From positions 1,668 through 65,667 of the forward strand of contig JAAYCJ010000174.1 in NCBI GenBank assembly GCA_012729815.1: a DNA stretch of 64,000 nucleotides, written 5' to 3'. The first letter of the stretch is position 1. Every line of letters begins with the position of its first letter. The notes under the pieces are model-generated. The model saw only the letters and a program-made list of their open reading frames with translations. It made no database searches and had not been told where the DNA came from. A program made the position numbers and the translations under genes. This document shows, piece by piece, positions 9,634-19,087 of the stretch. The stretch is from Phycisphaerae bacterium. GTDB lineage: Bacteria; Planctomycetota; Phycisphaerae; JAAYCJ01.

Positions 9634-11747
9634 GTCGCTGCGCTCACATTCATGGATACCACGCCGTGGGACTTCAACTGCACGTCGCGTACGATCTCAT
9701 TAAACGCCAAAACGGGTGTATTTGGAAGCGCCGATTCGATTAATCGGCGTAAATGGAGACGAATTTGCGGGGAGCAGAGGAGGATCATCTGCTGGACCGC
9801 GGAGTGCTTGTCGACCTCCTCCCGTACGGCGGCGACGATGGCGTTGGTCTGGCTGGGCGGCAGGGTCAGATAGGAGCCGGCGTCGGTGCGTTCGACGTGG
9901 GCGTTGACGGTGTCTTCGAGGGCCGGGTCGAGGGTCAGGCAGTTGACGGTGTTGTCGCGGTCCTGGACCTGGGCGCAGATGGTCCGGGCGAGGGCGTTGC
10001 GGACGTACTCGGTGAGTATCTCAAGGTCCTTGGTCTTGTTGCCCCAGTCGCCGAGGGTTTCGAGGATGGTCTGGAGGTCGCGGATCGGGACCCGCTCGCG
10101 GAGGAGGTTCTGGAGAACCTTCTGGACGTCGCCGAGCTTCAGGACCGGGCCGACGACCTCCTCGATGACGGCGGGGCATTTCTCCTTGAGGCCGTCGAGC
10201 AGCTTGCGGGCCTCGTCGCGGGTCACCAGTTCGCACGCGTGGCGTTTGATGACGTCGGTCAGATGGGTAGCGATGACCGAACTGGCGGGGACGACGGTGT
10301 AGTTGTTGCGTTCGGCGCGGGCGCGATCGGCTTCGGTGATCCAGACGGCGGGCAGTCCGAAGGCAGGCTCCTGGGTCGGTTCGCCGCCGATCCGTTCGCG
10401 GACGGCGCCGGAGTCGATGGCGAGGAACTGGCCGGGGAAGGCTGAGCCGCGGGCGATCTCAACGCCGCGAAGCTTGATCGCGTAGTCGTTGGCGTCGAGC
10501 TGCATGTTGTCGCGGATGCGGATGGGCGGGATGATCAGGCCCAGTTCGATGGCCATCTGGCGGCGGATCATGCTGATTCGGTCCAGCAGGTCGCCACCCT
10601 GGGACTTGTCGACGAGGCGGATCAGGCCGTAGCCGACTTCCAGCTCCATCGGATCGACGTTCAGGAGCGTCTCGACGGGCTCCTGTCTGGTCTCCGGTTT
10701 GGCCTTGGCGACGGCTGCGGCCTGGCGGGCGACTTCCACCTTCTTGGTTCGGGCCAGCAGCCAGGCCAACCCGGCGCAGGAGCCGCCAAGCATGAGCAGC
10801 GGGAGTTTGGGCAGCGGGGTGAGGGCGAGCATGCCGAGGAAACCGGCGGCGATGGCCAAGGCCACCGGCTTGGCGGTCAACTGGCCGAGCAGGTCCTCAC
10901 CAAGGCTGCTGGTGGCGGTCGAACGGGTAACGATCAGGCCGGCGGCGATGGAGATGATGAACGCGGGAATCTGGGTGACCAGGCCGTCGCCGATGGTCAG
11001 CTTGGTGAAGGTCTCCATGCACTGGCGGACGTCCCATCCGTACTCGACCATGCCCACGTAGAGGCCGCCGAGAATGTTGACCAGAGTGATGATGATGCCC
11101 GCGACGGCGTCGCCGCGGACGAATTTGGAGGCACCGTCCATGGCCCCGTAGAAGTCGGCTTCGCGGGTAATCGCCTCGCGGCGGCGTCTGGCCTCGGGCT
11201 CGTCGATCAGGCCGGCGTTCAGGTCGGCGTCGATCGCCATCTGCTTGCCGGGCATGCCGTCCAAGGTAAACCGGGCGGCGACCTCGCTGATGCGGGTGGC
11301 GCCTTTAGTGATCACCACGAACTGGATCACGACGAGGATGATGAAGATGATCAATCCAACCGCCAGCGAGCCGCCGGCGACGAAGTTGCCGAAGGCCTGG
11401 ATCACGTGGCCGGCGGCCGCGGTGGCCTCAGCGGCGCTGCCCGACCGTTCGCCGGCGGTGAGGATCAACCGCGTGCTGGCGGTATTGAGCACCAGGCGAA
11501 ACAGGGTCATGGCCAGCAGCAGCGAAGGGAACGATGAGAACTCCAGAGGGTGCACGACGTAGATCGTAGTCAACAGGATGACCGCGCCCACCGTGATGTT
11601 GGTCGAAAGCAGCACGTCCATCAGGGCCGGAGGAAGTGGGATCAGGATGACCAGCACCAGCGACGTCGCGCCCAGCGGCAGCAGCAGACCGCGGTGCCGG
11701 TGCAGCACTCCGATCACCGGGATTTTGTCGAACGCCGCTGTCGCCAT
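9630..11747 (-). CDS. flhA: flagellar export apparatus protein FlhA
   Basis: 705 aa with an N-terminal polytopic membrane domain and a large cytoplasmic domain typical of the FlhA/SctV family. Confidence 0.95.
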   Translation of the reverse strand: MATAAFDKIPVIGVLHRHRGLLLPLGATSLVLVILIPLPPALMDVLLSTNITVGAVILLTTIYVVHPLEFSSFPSLLLAMTLFRLVLNTASTRLILTAGERSGSAAEATAAAGHVIQAFGNFVAGGSLAVGLIIFIILVVIQFVVITKGATRISEVAARFTLDGMPGKQMAIDADLNAGLIDEPEARRRREAITREADFYGAMDGASKFVRGDAVAGIIITLVNILGGLYVGMVEYGWDVRQCMETFTKLTIGDGLVTQIPAFIISIAAGLIVTRSTATSSLGEDLLGQLTAKPVALAIAAGFLGMLALTPLPKLPLLMLGGSCAGLAWLLARTKKVEVARQAAAVAKAKPETRQEPVETLLNVDPMELEVGYGLIRLVDKSQGGDLLDRISMIRRQMAIELGLIIPPIRIRDNMQLDANDYAIKLRGVEIARGSAFPGQFLAIDSGAVRERIGGEPTQEPAFGLPAVWITEADRARAERNNYTVVPASSVIATHLTDVIKRHACELVTRDEARKLLDGLKEKCPAVIEEVVGPVLKLGDVQKVLQNLLRERVPIRDLQTILETLGDWGNKTKDLEILTEYVRNALARTICAQVQDRDNTVNCLTLDPALEDTVNAHVERTDAGSYLTLPPSQTNAIVAAVREEVDKHSAVQQMILLCSPQIRLHLRRLIESALPNTPVLAFNEIVRDVQLKSHGVVSMNVSAAT

Positions 11748-11776
11748 GTGTGTCGTCGGTTCCTATCGCCTGTGGT

Positions 11777-12877
11777 TTACGTAGCCGCCGCCCGGGCCGC
11801 AGCCGCCTTGGCCGTCGATCTACCGGAAAGTTCGTAGACATAGGCCAGGATCTCAGCCACCGCCTTGTAGAAGGTGGGCGGGATTTCCTGGCCGACTTCG
11901 CACGTCTTGAAGATCGCTTGGGCGAGCGGCTTGCGCTCGACGATCGGCACGCCGTGCTCGATGGCAATTTTGCGTATCCGCTGGGCCACGAAGCCCGCGC
12001 CCTTGGCCACCACCTTCGGGGCTGACATGGTGTCCGGATCGTACTTGAGGGCGATGGCCAGTTCCGTCGGGTTGGTCACCACCACGTCGGCCCTGGGCAC
12101 GGCCATCTGCATCCGCTGCATGGCGAGCTGACGGGCCACGCGACGGCGGCGTTCGCGGACCAGCGGGTCGCCTTCCTGACGCCGCATTTCCTCCTTGACC
12201 TCCTGCTTGGTCATCCGCAGGCTCTGCTCGTGGCGGTATTTCTGGTAGATGTAATCGATGATGGCCAGTACCAGAAGGGCCGCCGCCAGCCTCACGCCGA
12301 GCGAGTACATCAGGTCGCCCGAGAGGCTGATGATCTGCAGGAAGTCCAAGCTGCTCATGGCCACGATCTGTGGCAGCCACGACTGGATGGTCAGGAACGC
12401 CACCGTTCCGATCACCAGCACCTTGAACACGCTGATCAGCAGCCGCATCAGCGACTGCATCGAGAAAATCTTGCCGAAACCGGAGATCGGATCGATCTTC
12501 TGGATATCCGGCTTGAGCGGGTGGAAGGTAAAGAGCAGCCCCACCTGCCCGAGGGTGACGATCAGGGCGACAAACAAGAAGGCCAGGCACAGCGGCCCGG
12601 CCGTCCAGACCAGGACGTGGGCGGCGAACTCGCCGAAGGTCATCATCGAGTCGATCGACACCAGATCGGGTCCGCGATACCCCAGCAGCAGCTGCATCAG
12701 TCCCGCCAGATCGTGGAGCAGACCGGGCGCGGCGATCTTCAGCGCCGCCATCGCCCCGAGAAGAGCCACCGCCGCGGTCAGGTCCTGCGACTTGGCGACC
12801 TGTCCCCGCTCGCGGGCCTGCTGGCGCCGTCGTGGGGTTGGGGCTTCGGTCTTTTCGCCTGCGTCTTCCGGAGGCAC
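11777..12877 (-). CDS. flhB: flagellar export apparatus protein FlhB (autocleavage motif reads NPTE instead of NPTH)
   Basis: 366 aa FlhB/SctU-family. The conserved site N269-P270-T-H is encoded here as AAC CCG ACG GAA (N-P-T-E; rc of 12062..12073). Confidence 0.9.
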   Translation of the reverse strand: MPPEDAGEKTEAPTPRRRQQARERGQVAKSQDLTAAVALLGAMAALKIAAPGLLHDLAGLMQLLLGYRGPDLVSIDSMMTFGEFAAHVLVWTAGPLCLAFLFVALIVTLGQVGLLFTFHPLKPDIQKIDPISGFGKIFSMQSLMRLLISVFKVLVIGTVAFLTIQSWLPQIVAMSSLDFLQIISLSGDLMYSLGVRLAAALLVLAIIDYIYQKYRHEQSLRMTKQEVKEEMRRQEGDPLVRERRRRVARQLAMQRMQMAVPRADVVVTNPTELAIALKYDPDTMSAPKVVAKGAGFVAQRIRKIAIEHGVPIVERKPLAQAIFKTCEVGQEIPPTFYKAVAEILAYVYELSGRSTAKAAAARAAAT

Positions 12878-12892
12878 TGATTTCTCCTGCCG

Positions 12893-13675
12893 CTAGAACC
12901 CGAACAACCGGTGGACCTTGAGGAACACGTCATCGAACATCCGCATGAATATGTCGATTCCGGCGCCGAGGCTCACCACCGTCAGTAGAAAACCCATCAC
13001 CGCCCGCAGCGGAAAACCCACGGAAAGGATGTTGAGCTGCGGAACGGTCCGGGCGACAAAGCCCAGGGCCAGAGTGGCCAGGAAAATGGTCACGATCACC
13101 GGGGCCGAGACCTGTATGGCCACTACGAAGGCAACCTGCACGATGCCGCTGAGCAGCACAAGGCCGTCTTCGCCGATCATGAAGCTGCCGGCCGGCAGCG
13201 TGGCAAAGCTTTTGATGACCGCGCCAAGCAGGGCGTGGTGGCCGCCGATCACGAGGAAGATGATCGTGGCCAGCCAGAAGAAGAGCTGCCCGAGCACCGA
13301 GGTCTCCTCATTGAACAGCGGGTCGAAGACCTGGGCCATGGCGATGCCCATCTGTTGGCCGATCATCAGACCCGCCAGTTCCAAGGCCGAGAATAGGGCC
13401 AGGATGGCGAACCCGAAGACCAGGCCGATCATCAACTCCGAGACGACGGCGGCGATCAGCACGGCCGGCTGGTTCGGGATGACGATCGCCGACGGATCGA
13501 GAAACGGCAGCACGACCAGGGAAATCACGCCGGTCAGCAAGGCCCGGATCTGTACCGGGATGCTCGCGCTGCCGAAGAACGGGGCGAACGCCACCAATCC
13601 GCCGATGCGGGCCATCACCATGGCCAGCAGCGGCAGGTTCAGCAGTGCGGTCAGCGCTTTGAGACTCTCGTCCAT
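12893..13675 (-). CDS. fliR: flagellar export protein FliR
   Basis: 260 aa polytopic membrane protein, FliR family, in position after fliQ. Confidence 0.85.
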   Translation of the reverse strand: MDESLKALTALLNLPLLAMVMARIGGLVAFAPFFGSASIPVQIRALLTGVISLVVLPFLDPSAIVIPNQPAVLIAAVVSELMIGLVFGFAILALFSALELAGLMIGQQMGIAMAQVFDPLFNEETSVLGQLFFWLATIIFLVIGGHHALLGAVIKSFATLPAGSFMIGEDGLVLLSGIVQVAFVVAIQVSAPVIVTIFLATLALGFVARTVPQLNILSVGFPLRAVMGFLLTVVSLGAGIDIFMRMFDDVFLKVHRLFGF

Positions 13676-13676
13676 G

Positions 13677-13949
13677 TCAGTGTCCCGCTGAGACGTTGCC
13701 GAGCATGTCCCGGGCGAACTCCATCATCCGGCTTGATATCCACGGGGCGAAGACGACCACCGCGGCGGCCATCGCCAGCATCTTGGGAATGAAGCTGAGG
13801 GTCTGCTCCTGGATCTGGGTGACCGCCTGGAGCAGGCTGATCAACAGACCGACGAACATACCGATCAGGAGGATCGGAGCGGCCATCTGGAGCGTCACCA
13901 TCATGGCGTATCGCGCCAGGTCCAGCGCTTCCGGTACCGTGATCGTCAT
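13677..13949 (-). CDS. fliQ: flagellar export protein FliQ
   Basis: 90 aa with two TM helices and the typical FliQ sequence (MMVTLQMAAPILLIGMFVGLLISLLQAVTQIQEQTLSFIPK). Confidence 0.9.
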   Translation of the reverse strand: MTITVPEALDLARYAMMVTLQMAAPILLIGMFVGLLISLLQAVTQIQEQTLSFIPKMLAMAAAVVVFAPWISSRMMEFARDMLGNVSAGH

Positions 13950-13986
13950 CTTCCTTCCCTCGATCTTGACTGGTTGCGGACGACGG

Positions 13987-14802
13987 CTAGGCGAAACTGG
14001 ACAGCAGGCTGCCCACCACCAGATGCCAGCCGTCGACCAGCACGAAGAGCAACAGCTTGAACGGTAGCGATATGAGCATCGGGGGCAGCATGAGCATGCC
14101 CATCGAGATCAGCACGGCGGCGATCACCATGTCGATGACCAGGAACGGCAGATAGACGCGGAACCCGATCACGAATGCGGTCTTCAGTTCGCTGGTCACG
14201 AACGCCGGCACCAGGACGCTGGTCGGCACGTCGCGCCAGCGCTCCACTTCCGGGTTGCCGGTCCGGGCGAGGAACATGAAGACGTCCTGCTCGTTGTTGG
14301 TCGCCTCGATCTGGCGGATCATGAACTCGCGGATCGGGCCCAGGGCGTTGGTCAGGGCCTGGCCCTGGTCGAGTTGGTTTTCGAGGTAAGGCGTGAGGGC
14401 GTCCTGCTGAACGCGGTACCAGGTCGGCGCCATCACCATGAAGGTCATAAACAGGGCCAGCCCGATCAGGACCTGGTTGGGCGGAAGCTGCTGAGTGGCC
14501 AGGGCCTGGCGGAGCAGCGCGAGCACGACGATGATGCGGGTGAAGCAGGTGACCATTACGAGGATGGCCGGCGCTAGTGACAGGACGGTCAGGAGGAACA
14601 GGATCTGGAGCGCGGTGGACATGCCCGTGCCGTCTTTGACCGGCGGAATCACCTGGCGGATGTCGGGGATGTAGGCCCCTTCGCCTCCGGCGGTCTGTCC
14701 CCACGCCGAAGCGGCCAGCGCAAGAACCGCCACCGCGATCGGAAGCACAAAACCCCTTCGCGAGCGGCGGACGGAACAACCATCAGAGACGATGCCTTCC
14801 AT
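13987..14802 (-). CDS. fliP: flagellar export protein FliP
   Basis: Signal peptide plus FliP core (LLTVLSLAPAILVMVTCFTRIIVVLALLRQALATQQLPPNQVLIGLALFMTF...). Confidence 0.95.
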   Translation of the reverse strand: MEGIVSDGCSVRRSRRGFVLPIAVAVLALAASAWGQTAGGEGAYIPDIRQVIPPVKDGTGMSTALQILFLLTVLSLAPAILVMVTCFTRIIVVLALLRQALATQQLPPNQVLIGLALFMTFMVMAPTWYRVQQDALTPYLENQLDQGQALTNALGPIREFMIRQIEATNNEQDVFMFLARTGNPEVERWRDVPTSVLVPAFVTSELKTAFVIGFRVYLPFLVIDMVIAAVLISMGMLMLPPMLISLPFKLLLFVLVDGWHLVVGSLLSSFA

Positions 14803-14805
14803 GGC

Positions 14806-15510
14806 TTAGCGCTGGCCTCCAATGCCCTTGAGACGGTTGATCTTATTTATCAACGAATTCAGCTCGGATTTCAACTCCAAAACACTTTCTTCTTCATTTT
14901 CTTTGCTGTTTTCGCGGTTTTTATCGGACGGATCGGGCTCGGAGTCCTCCTCTTCGAACCTCGCCCGCTCACCGGAGAACAGGCCCATGAAGCCGGCGGT
15001 GACACTGGTCGAGCGTCCCTGCTCAATCTGGCTGAGCAACTGGGCGACTTCGTCGGGATCGGAGACGGTCAGGAGATGGCTGACACTCTGCTCGCTCAGG
15101 CCAATCAGGACGAGTTTTCGGCCGACCTTGACCATGGCCAAGGCCTGTTTGGGCGAAAGGTAGGTTCGTCCGAGAACCTGGACGGCGGCCAACGATGAAA
15201 ACATCCTGGCTCCCGGGTAGGCCTTACGGATCACCGCCAGAGCGACCACGATGAGCACGAGCACCAGGGCCAGGGCGGCCCACAGCGTTCCGCTGAAGGC
15301 GCTGAAACCGCCCTTCTCGTCGTTCCGTTCGCCGGACCGGAATTCCTCCGACCCTTTGATCGGGCTGTCCTCGACGCCCGGTTCATCGAGCGAGGCGGGG
15401 TTGTTGGCGCTGGAGGTCTCCTGTCCCGCGCATGGCAGAGCGGGACAGAAGAGACTCAGTCCGATAATCACGAGCAGGAAGCGCAGTTTTCCGTTCCGGC
15501 GAAGAAACAT
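14806..15510 (-). CDS. fliO: flagellar protein FliO (FliZ-like) with acidic C-terminal extension
   Basis: Single TM plus LSPKQALAMVKVGRKLVLIGLSEQSVSHLLTV, the FliO signature. Sits upstream of fliP. Confidence 0.8.
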   Translation of the reverse strand: MFLRRNGKLRFLLVIIGLSLFCPALPCAGQETSSANNPASLDEPGVEDSPIKGSEEFRSGERNDEKGGFSAFSGTLWAALALVLVLIVVALAVIRKAYPGARMFSSLAAVQVLGRTYLSPKQALAMVKVGRKLVLIGLSEQSVSHLLTVSDPDEVAQLLSQIEQGRSTSVTAGFMGLFSGERARFEEEDSEPDPSDKNRENSKENEEESVLELKSELNSLINKINRLKGIGGQR

Positions 15511-15595
15511 GGCCTGGCTGTATCCTTTGACGGCTGTGGGTCACTATTGAGTTGTGAACATGCGGTATTCGCCCCTTGAGGCGTCCGGCGATCGA

Positions 15596-16000
15596 TCAAG
15601 GGGTCTGGTCGGCGACGATCTGACTGACCCGCACGCAGAAGTTGTCGTTGAGCACAAGGACTTCCCCGCGAGCCACCAACCGCTCGTTGACGTAGATATC
15701 GACGGGATCACCCGCCAGCTTGTCGATCTCGACGATCGAACCTTCGCCAAGCCGCAATACGTCCTCGACGAGCATGCGGGTGCGGCCCAGCTCGATCTTG
15801 ACGTCCAGTTCGACGTCCTGAAGCAGGTCGACCGAGGTCGCGGCGGCGGGCTTGCCAGCTTGCGCAGCGGCCAGTTCCTTGGCCAGATCGGGAAGCCCGG
15901 CGGCTTGACTCTCAGCGGCGGGCGAAGACGGCTTCGGTTCGGCCGCCGACGGTTCGGCGGATTGAACCGGCTTGTCCTTTTTGGGTTCTTCCGGCGACAT
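15596..16000 (-). CDS. fliN: flagellar motor switch protein FliN (SpoA domain)
   Basis: C-terminus [55 protein letters not shown]. Confidence 0.9.
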   Translation of the reverse strand: MSPEEPKKDKPVQSAEPSAAEPKPSSPAAESQAAGLPDLAKELAAAQAGKPAAATSVDLLQDVELDVKIELGRTRMLVEDVLRLGEGSIVEIDKLAGDPVDIYVNERLVARGEVLVLNDNFCVRVSQIVADQTP

Positions 16001-16020
16001 GAGTTCCTCTTTCGGCCTCC

Positions 16021-16623
16021 CTAATCGATGGGGGTGGGCATGTAATGGGCAATCAAAACGTCCTGGATCTTCCCTTTTCCAATCAGTTCTTCAAGCACGC
16101 CTTTGAACTGGCGCCGGAGGGTCGAAAGGCCGTAGTCGGGCTTGTCGGTCCTGGCCAGACCCAGGGCGCCGGCGTCGGCCCCGGCGATGATCGTCCGCAT
16201 GCGGTCGCGGATGGTGGCTTCGTGGTGCTTGATTTCCTCTTCGATGCCGCCGCCCGCCGCTTCGCCGCCGTGTCCGCCGTGGCCGCCGCCTTCACCTTCG
16301 CCGCCGAGCAGGTGCTTAGGCACCAGGGCGTGGACTTCCATCTCGATCACGTAAAGGCGGTTGGTGTTGGTGTGCGGACAGCGGATTTTGGCGATGGGGA
16401 TCTCGGCCGTCTCCTGGCTCTCCGGGTGCTCGCCCTCGCCGTGCTGCTCGACGATCTCGATGCCCATGGCCTCGGTGGGACTTTGTCCGAAGATCTTGAT
16501 GCCCACGAACACGCCGACGACCATGAAGACCAGCATGCCGCCGACGATCCCGCCGCCCAGGACCAGCTTGTTCGACTTCTTCGGCGTTGCTTCGGCGGTC
16601 TTTTCCTCTTCAGCCTTGGCCAT
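16021..16623 (-). CDS. fliL: flagellar basal-body-associated protein FliL with Gly/His-rich insertion
   Basis: N-terminal TM and FliL core ([12 protein letters not shown]...[19 protein letters not shown]). [21 protein letters not shown] low-complexity insert. Confidence 0.8.
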   Translation of the reverse strand: MAKAEEEKTAEATPKKSNKLVLGGGIVGGMLVFMVVGVFVGIKIFGQSPTEAMGIEIVEQHGEGEHPESQETAEIPIAKIRCPHTNTNRLYVIEMEVHALVPKHLLGGEGEGGGHGGHGGEAAGGGIEEEIKHHEATIRDRMRTIIAGADAGALGLARTDKPDYGLSTLRRQFKGVLEELIGKGKIQDVLIAHYMPTPID

Positions 16624-16645
16624 TGTTCAACTCCCTGTCGCGGCG

Positions 16646-16840
16646 TTACGTTCCGAAGTTGCAGCGGATGCTCCGGGCGTACTCGATAGCCCGCGAGACG
16701 ACCACGTCCATCGGTTCGCGGACCAGGAGGCGGTCGCCGCTGGTCAACGTGATCAACGTATCCGGCGTCTGCTCGACGAACCGGATCAGTTCGGCGTTGA
16801 CCACGATCTCCTTTCCGTTCAGCCGCGTAACCTTAATCAT
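16646..16840 (-). CDS. flbD: flagellar protein FlbD
   Basis: 64 aa MIKVTRLNGKEIVVNAELIRFVEQTPDTLITLTSGDRLLVRE, near-identical in pattern to the FlbD family. Confidence 0.9.
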   Translation of the reverse strand: MIKVTRLNGKEIVVNAELIRFVEQTPDTLITLTSGDRLLVREPMDVVVSRAIEYARSIRCNFGT

Positions 16841-16895
16841 GTTCTTTCGTTACCGTCCCATAACCGCCATCGGCCGGATCGGGCGCTGACTTTCG

Positions 16896-18605
16896 TTACC
16901 GCACCATCGAGAGCAGTTCGCTCAGGAGCTGCTGCGAGGTGCTGATGACCCGACCCGACGCGCTGAACGCGGTGGTGGCGGTGATCATGCTGATGAACTC
17001 GCGTGTCAGGTCCACGTTGCTCAGCTCCAATGCTCCGCCGATCAGGCTCCCGGCCCCCATCGCACCCGGCGTGACCAGTGCCGGCTCGCCCGAGTTGGGC
17101 CCGGCCACGAACGCGTTGTCGCCCTGGGCGATCAGTCCGCCGGGGTTCGAGAAGGTGGCCAGGACCACCTGCCCCAGGGTCCGGGTCAAACCGTTGGAGA
17201 AGGTGCCGATAATGCGGCCATCATTGGCGATGGCGAAATCATTCAGCGTGCCCATCGGGAAACCGTTTTGCTGGTCCATCAGCGGACCGGTCGAATTGCC
17301 GCCGAGCGGCGTGAGTCCCTGGAGTTTGGAGAAGTCCAGCGAGACCACCACCGGGTCCACAGCCCCCAGGTCGGCCCGGTTGACGGTGACCGAATTGCTC
17401 GTGGTGCTGACCAGGGTTCCGGAGGTATCAAAGGTCAAGGTGCCCGATCCGACCACCGGCGAAAGGTCGCTGTCGTCCTGCGACTCGGCGTAGAACCGCC
17501 AGGTGTTGCCGGTGCTGGTCTTTTCGATCAGCGTGAAGGTGATGTCCACGTTGGCCGGGTTGCCCAGGGAGTCGTAGACCTGGAAGCTCGTGAACTCGCT
17601 GGCTCCCTGGACGTCCTCGTCGATCTCGACGCTGCCGTAGGTGACGGCTGATCCGCCGGAGCCGGTCATCGAGGTAATATTGATCACGCTGTCGGCTCCG
17701 AGATTGCCGACGATCTCAATCTCACCGTTGGCGTTGACGCTGATCCCCGCGGGCGGGTTCTGGGCGGTGCTGGTGTTGATCCCGCAGACGCTTTCGAGCC
17801 ATTCGGTCAGTTCGGCGAGGGTGGCTCCGGAGTCCAGAGCGGCGGTGCTTCCGTTGGTGACGGTGAAGGTGGCCGGCTCCAGGTTCCGTCCGCCCTTGGT
17901 CGCCTCGACGGTGATCGTATCGCCGGCGGCGAACAGCGCCACACCCGGAGCGGTGGCGGAGGCAACCGCGGTCAGGGCGGTGTTGCCGGTGGCGGGCACC
18001 GCGCCTCCGGCGATTACGAGGGCCTGCGAGGTGGTGGTCGCGGGCGCCGCGGCCACAATCCCGCTGGCGTCGAGGTTGCCCTTGAACCCGGCTTGAGTGG
18101 TCGCCTGGGCGATGGACAGCCCGCCGACCGGGATGGTCAGGGCCGAAAGCGTGCCCTGGGCGATGTTGAAATTCTCATCCACCGCGAAACCGAGCAGCAT
18201 GTTTCCATCGGCGCTCACGAGGCGCTGGTTGGCGTCGATCTTGAACGCCCCGTCGCGGGTGTAGACGCGACTGCCGTCGGAGGTCTGGAGCATGAAGAAG
18301 CCGTTGCCCTGGATCGCGGCGTCGGTGTTCACTCCGGTCAATTCGATCGAGCCGGTGCCGAAGTCTCGTTCGACGGCTCCGGTGCTCACGCCGAGGCCGA
18401 ACTGCATCGGGTTGGTGCCGCCGCTGGCCGTGCCGGGCGGCGTGCCGAACGACATGGTCTGGCTCAACTGGGTCTGGAACGTGGCCCGCGAGCCCTTGTA
18501 GGCCACCGTGTTGACGTTGGCGATGTTGTTGCCGCTGACGTCGAGCCGGGTCTGCGAGGCATTGAGGCCCGAGAGCGCCGAATACAGCGTCGAAGTGATA
18601 CCCAT
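16896..18605 (-). CDS. flgE: flagellar hook protein FlgE
   Basis: Flg_bb_rod N-terminus (MGITSTLYSALSGLNASQTRLDVSGNNIANVNT) and conserved C-terminus (ELSNVDLTREFISMITATTAFSASGRVISTSQQLL). Confidence 0.95.
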   Translation of the reverse strand: MGITSTLYSALSGLNASQTRLDVSGNNIANVNTVAYKGSRATFQTQLSQTMSFGTPPGTASGGTNPMQFGLGVSTGAVERDFGTGSIELTGVNTDAAIQGNGFFMLQTSDGSRVYTRDGAFKIDANQRLVSADGNMLLGFAVDENFNIAQGTLSALTIPVGGLSIAQATTQAGFKGNLDASGIVAAAPATTTSQALVIAGGAVPATGNTALTAVASATAPGVALFAAGDTITVEATKGGRNLEPATFTVTNGSTAALDSGATLAELTEWLESVCGINTSTAQNPPAGISVNANGEIEIVGNLGADSVINITSMTGSGGSAVTYGSVEIDEDVQGASEFTSFQVYDSLGNPANVDITFTLIEKTSTGNTWRFYAESQDDSDLSPVVGSGTLTFDTSGTLVSTTSNSVTVNRADLGAVDPVVVSLDFSKLQGLTPLGGNSTGPLMDQQNGFPMGTLNDFAIANDGRIIGTFSNGLTRTLGQVVLATFSNPGGLIAQGDNAFVAGPNSGEPALVTPGAMGAGSLIGGALELSNVDLTREFISMITATTAFSASGRVISTSQQLLSELLSMVR

Positions 18606-18628
18606 CGTTCAGGTTCCTCTCTGAAAAA

Positions 18629-19075
18629 TCAGGCGGTTTCGCCGGTTGCGGTCTGGCCGTTGACCTGGATCACGTTGTCCATCGACAGGCGCTGGCCGCT
18701 GTCAAGTTCGAGGTGGACCTTTCGGTCCTCGACCTTCACCGCGGTGACCACGCCGGAGACCTCGTTGGCCGACCCGTCGAGTCCGACCACGACCTTGCCG
18801 ATCATGGACGAGGCGGCAGAGAGACTCTGGTTGAGCGACAGGTTTTCCAGCGTTTCGCTCAGGCTCATCGTGCTCTGGATGTTCTGGATCTGACCGACCT
18901 GGTTGACCAGATCCTTGCTTGACATGGGCTCGAAGGGATCCTGCTGCTGGAGTTCCTGGATCATGATCTTCAGGAAATCCTCAATTTTCATGCCTTTCGA
19001 ACCCGTCGTCGCGGTGCCGGTCGCGGCGTTCGCGGTTTGTCCAACTCCACTGATTGTGCTCATAACGTCCTCCAT
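18629..19075 (-). CDS. flgD: flagellar hook assembly/capping protein FlgD
   Basis: 148 aa with KIEDFLKIMIQELQQQDPFEPM and a C-terminal beta-rich domain. Confidence 0.85.
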   Translation of the reverse strand: MEDVMSTISGVGQTANAATGTATTGSKGMKIEDFLKIMIQELQQQDPFEPMSSKDLVNQVGQIQNIQSTMSLSETLENLSLNQSLSAASSMIGKVVVGLDGSANEVSGVVTAVKVEDRKVHLELDSGQRLSMDNVIQVNGQTATGETA

Positions 19076-19087
19076 CTCCGGTCGCCG

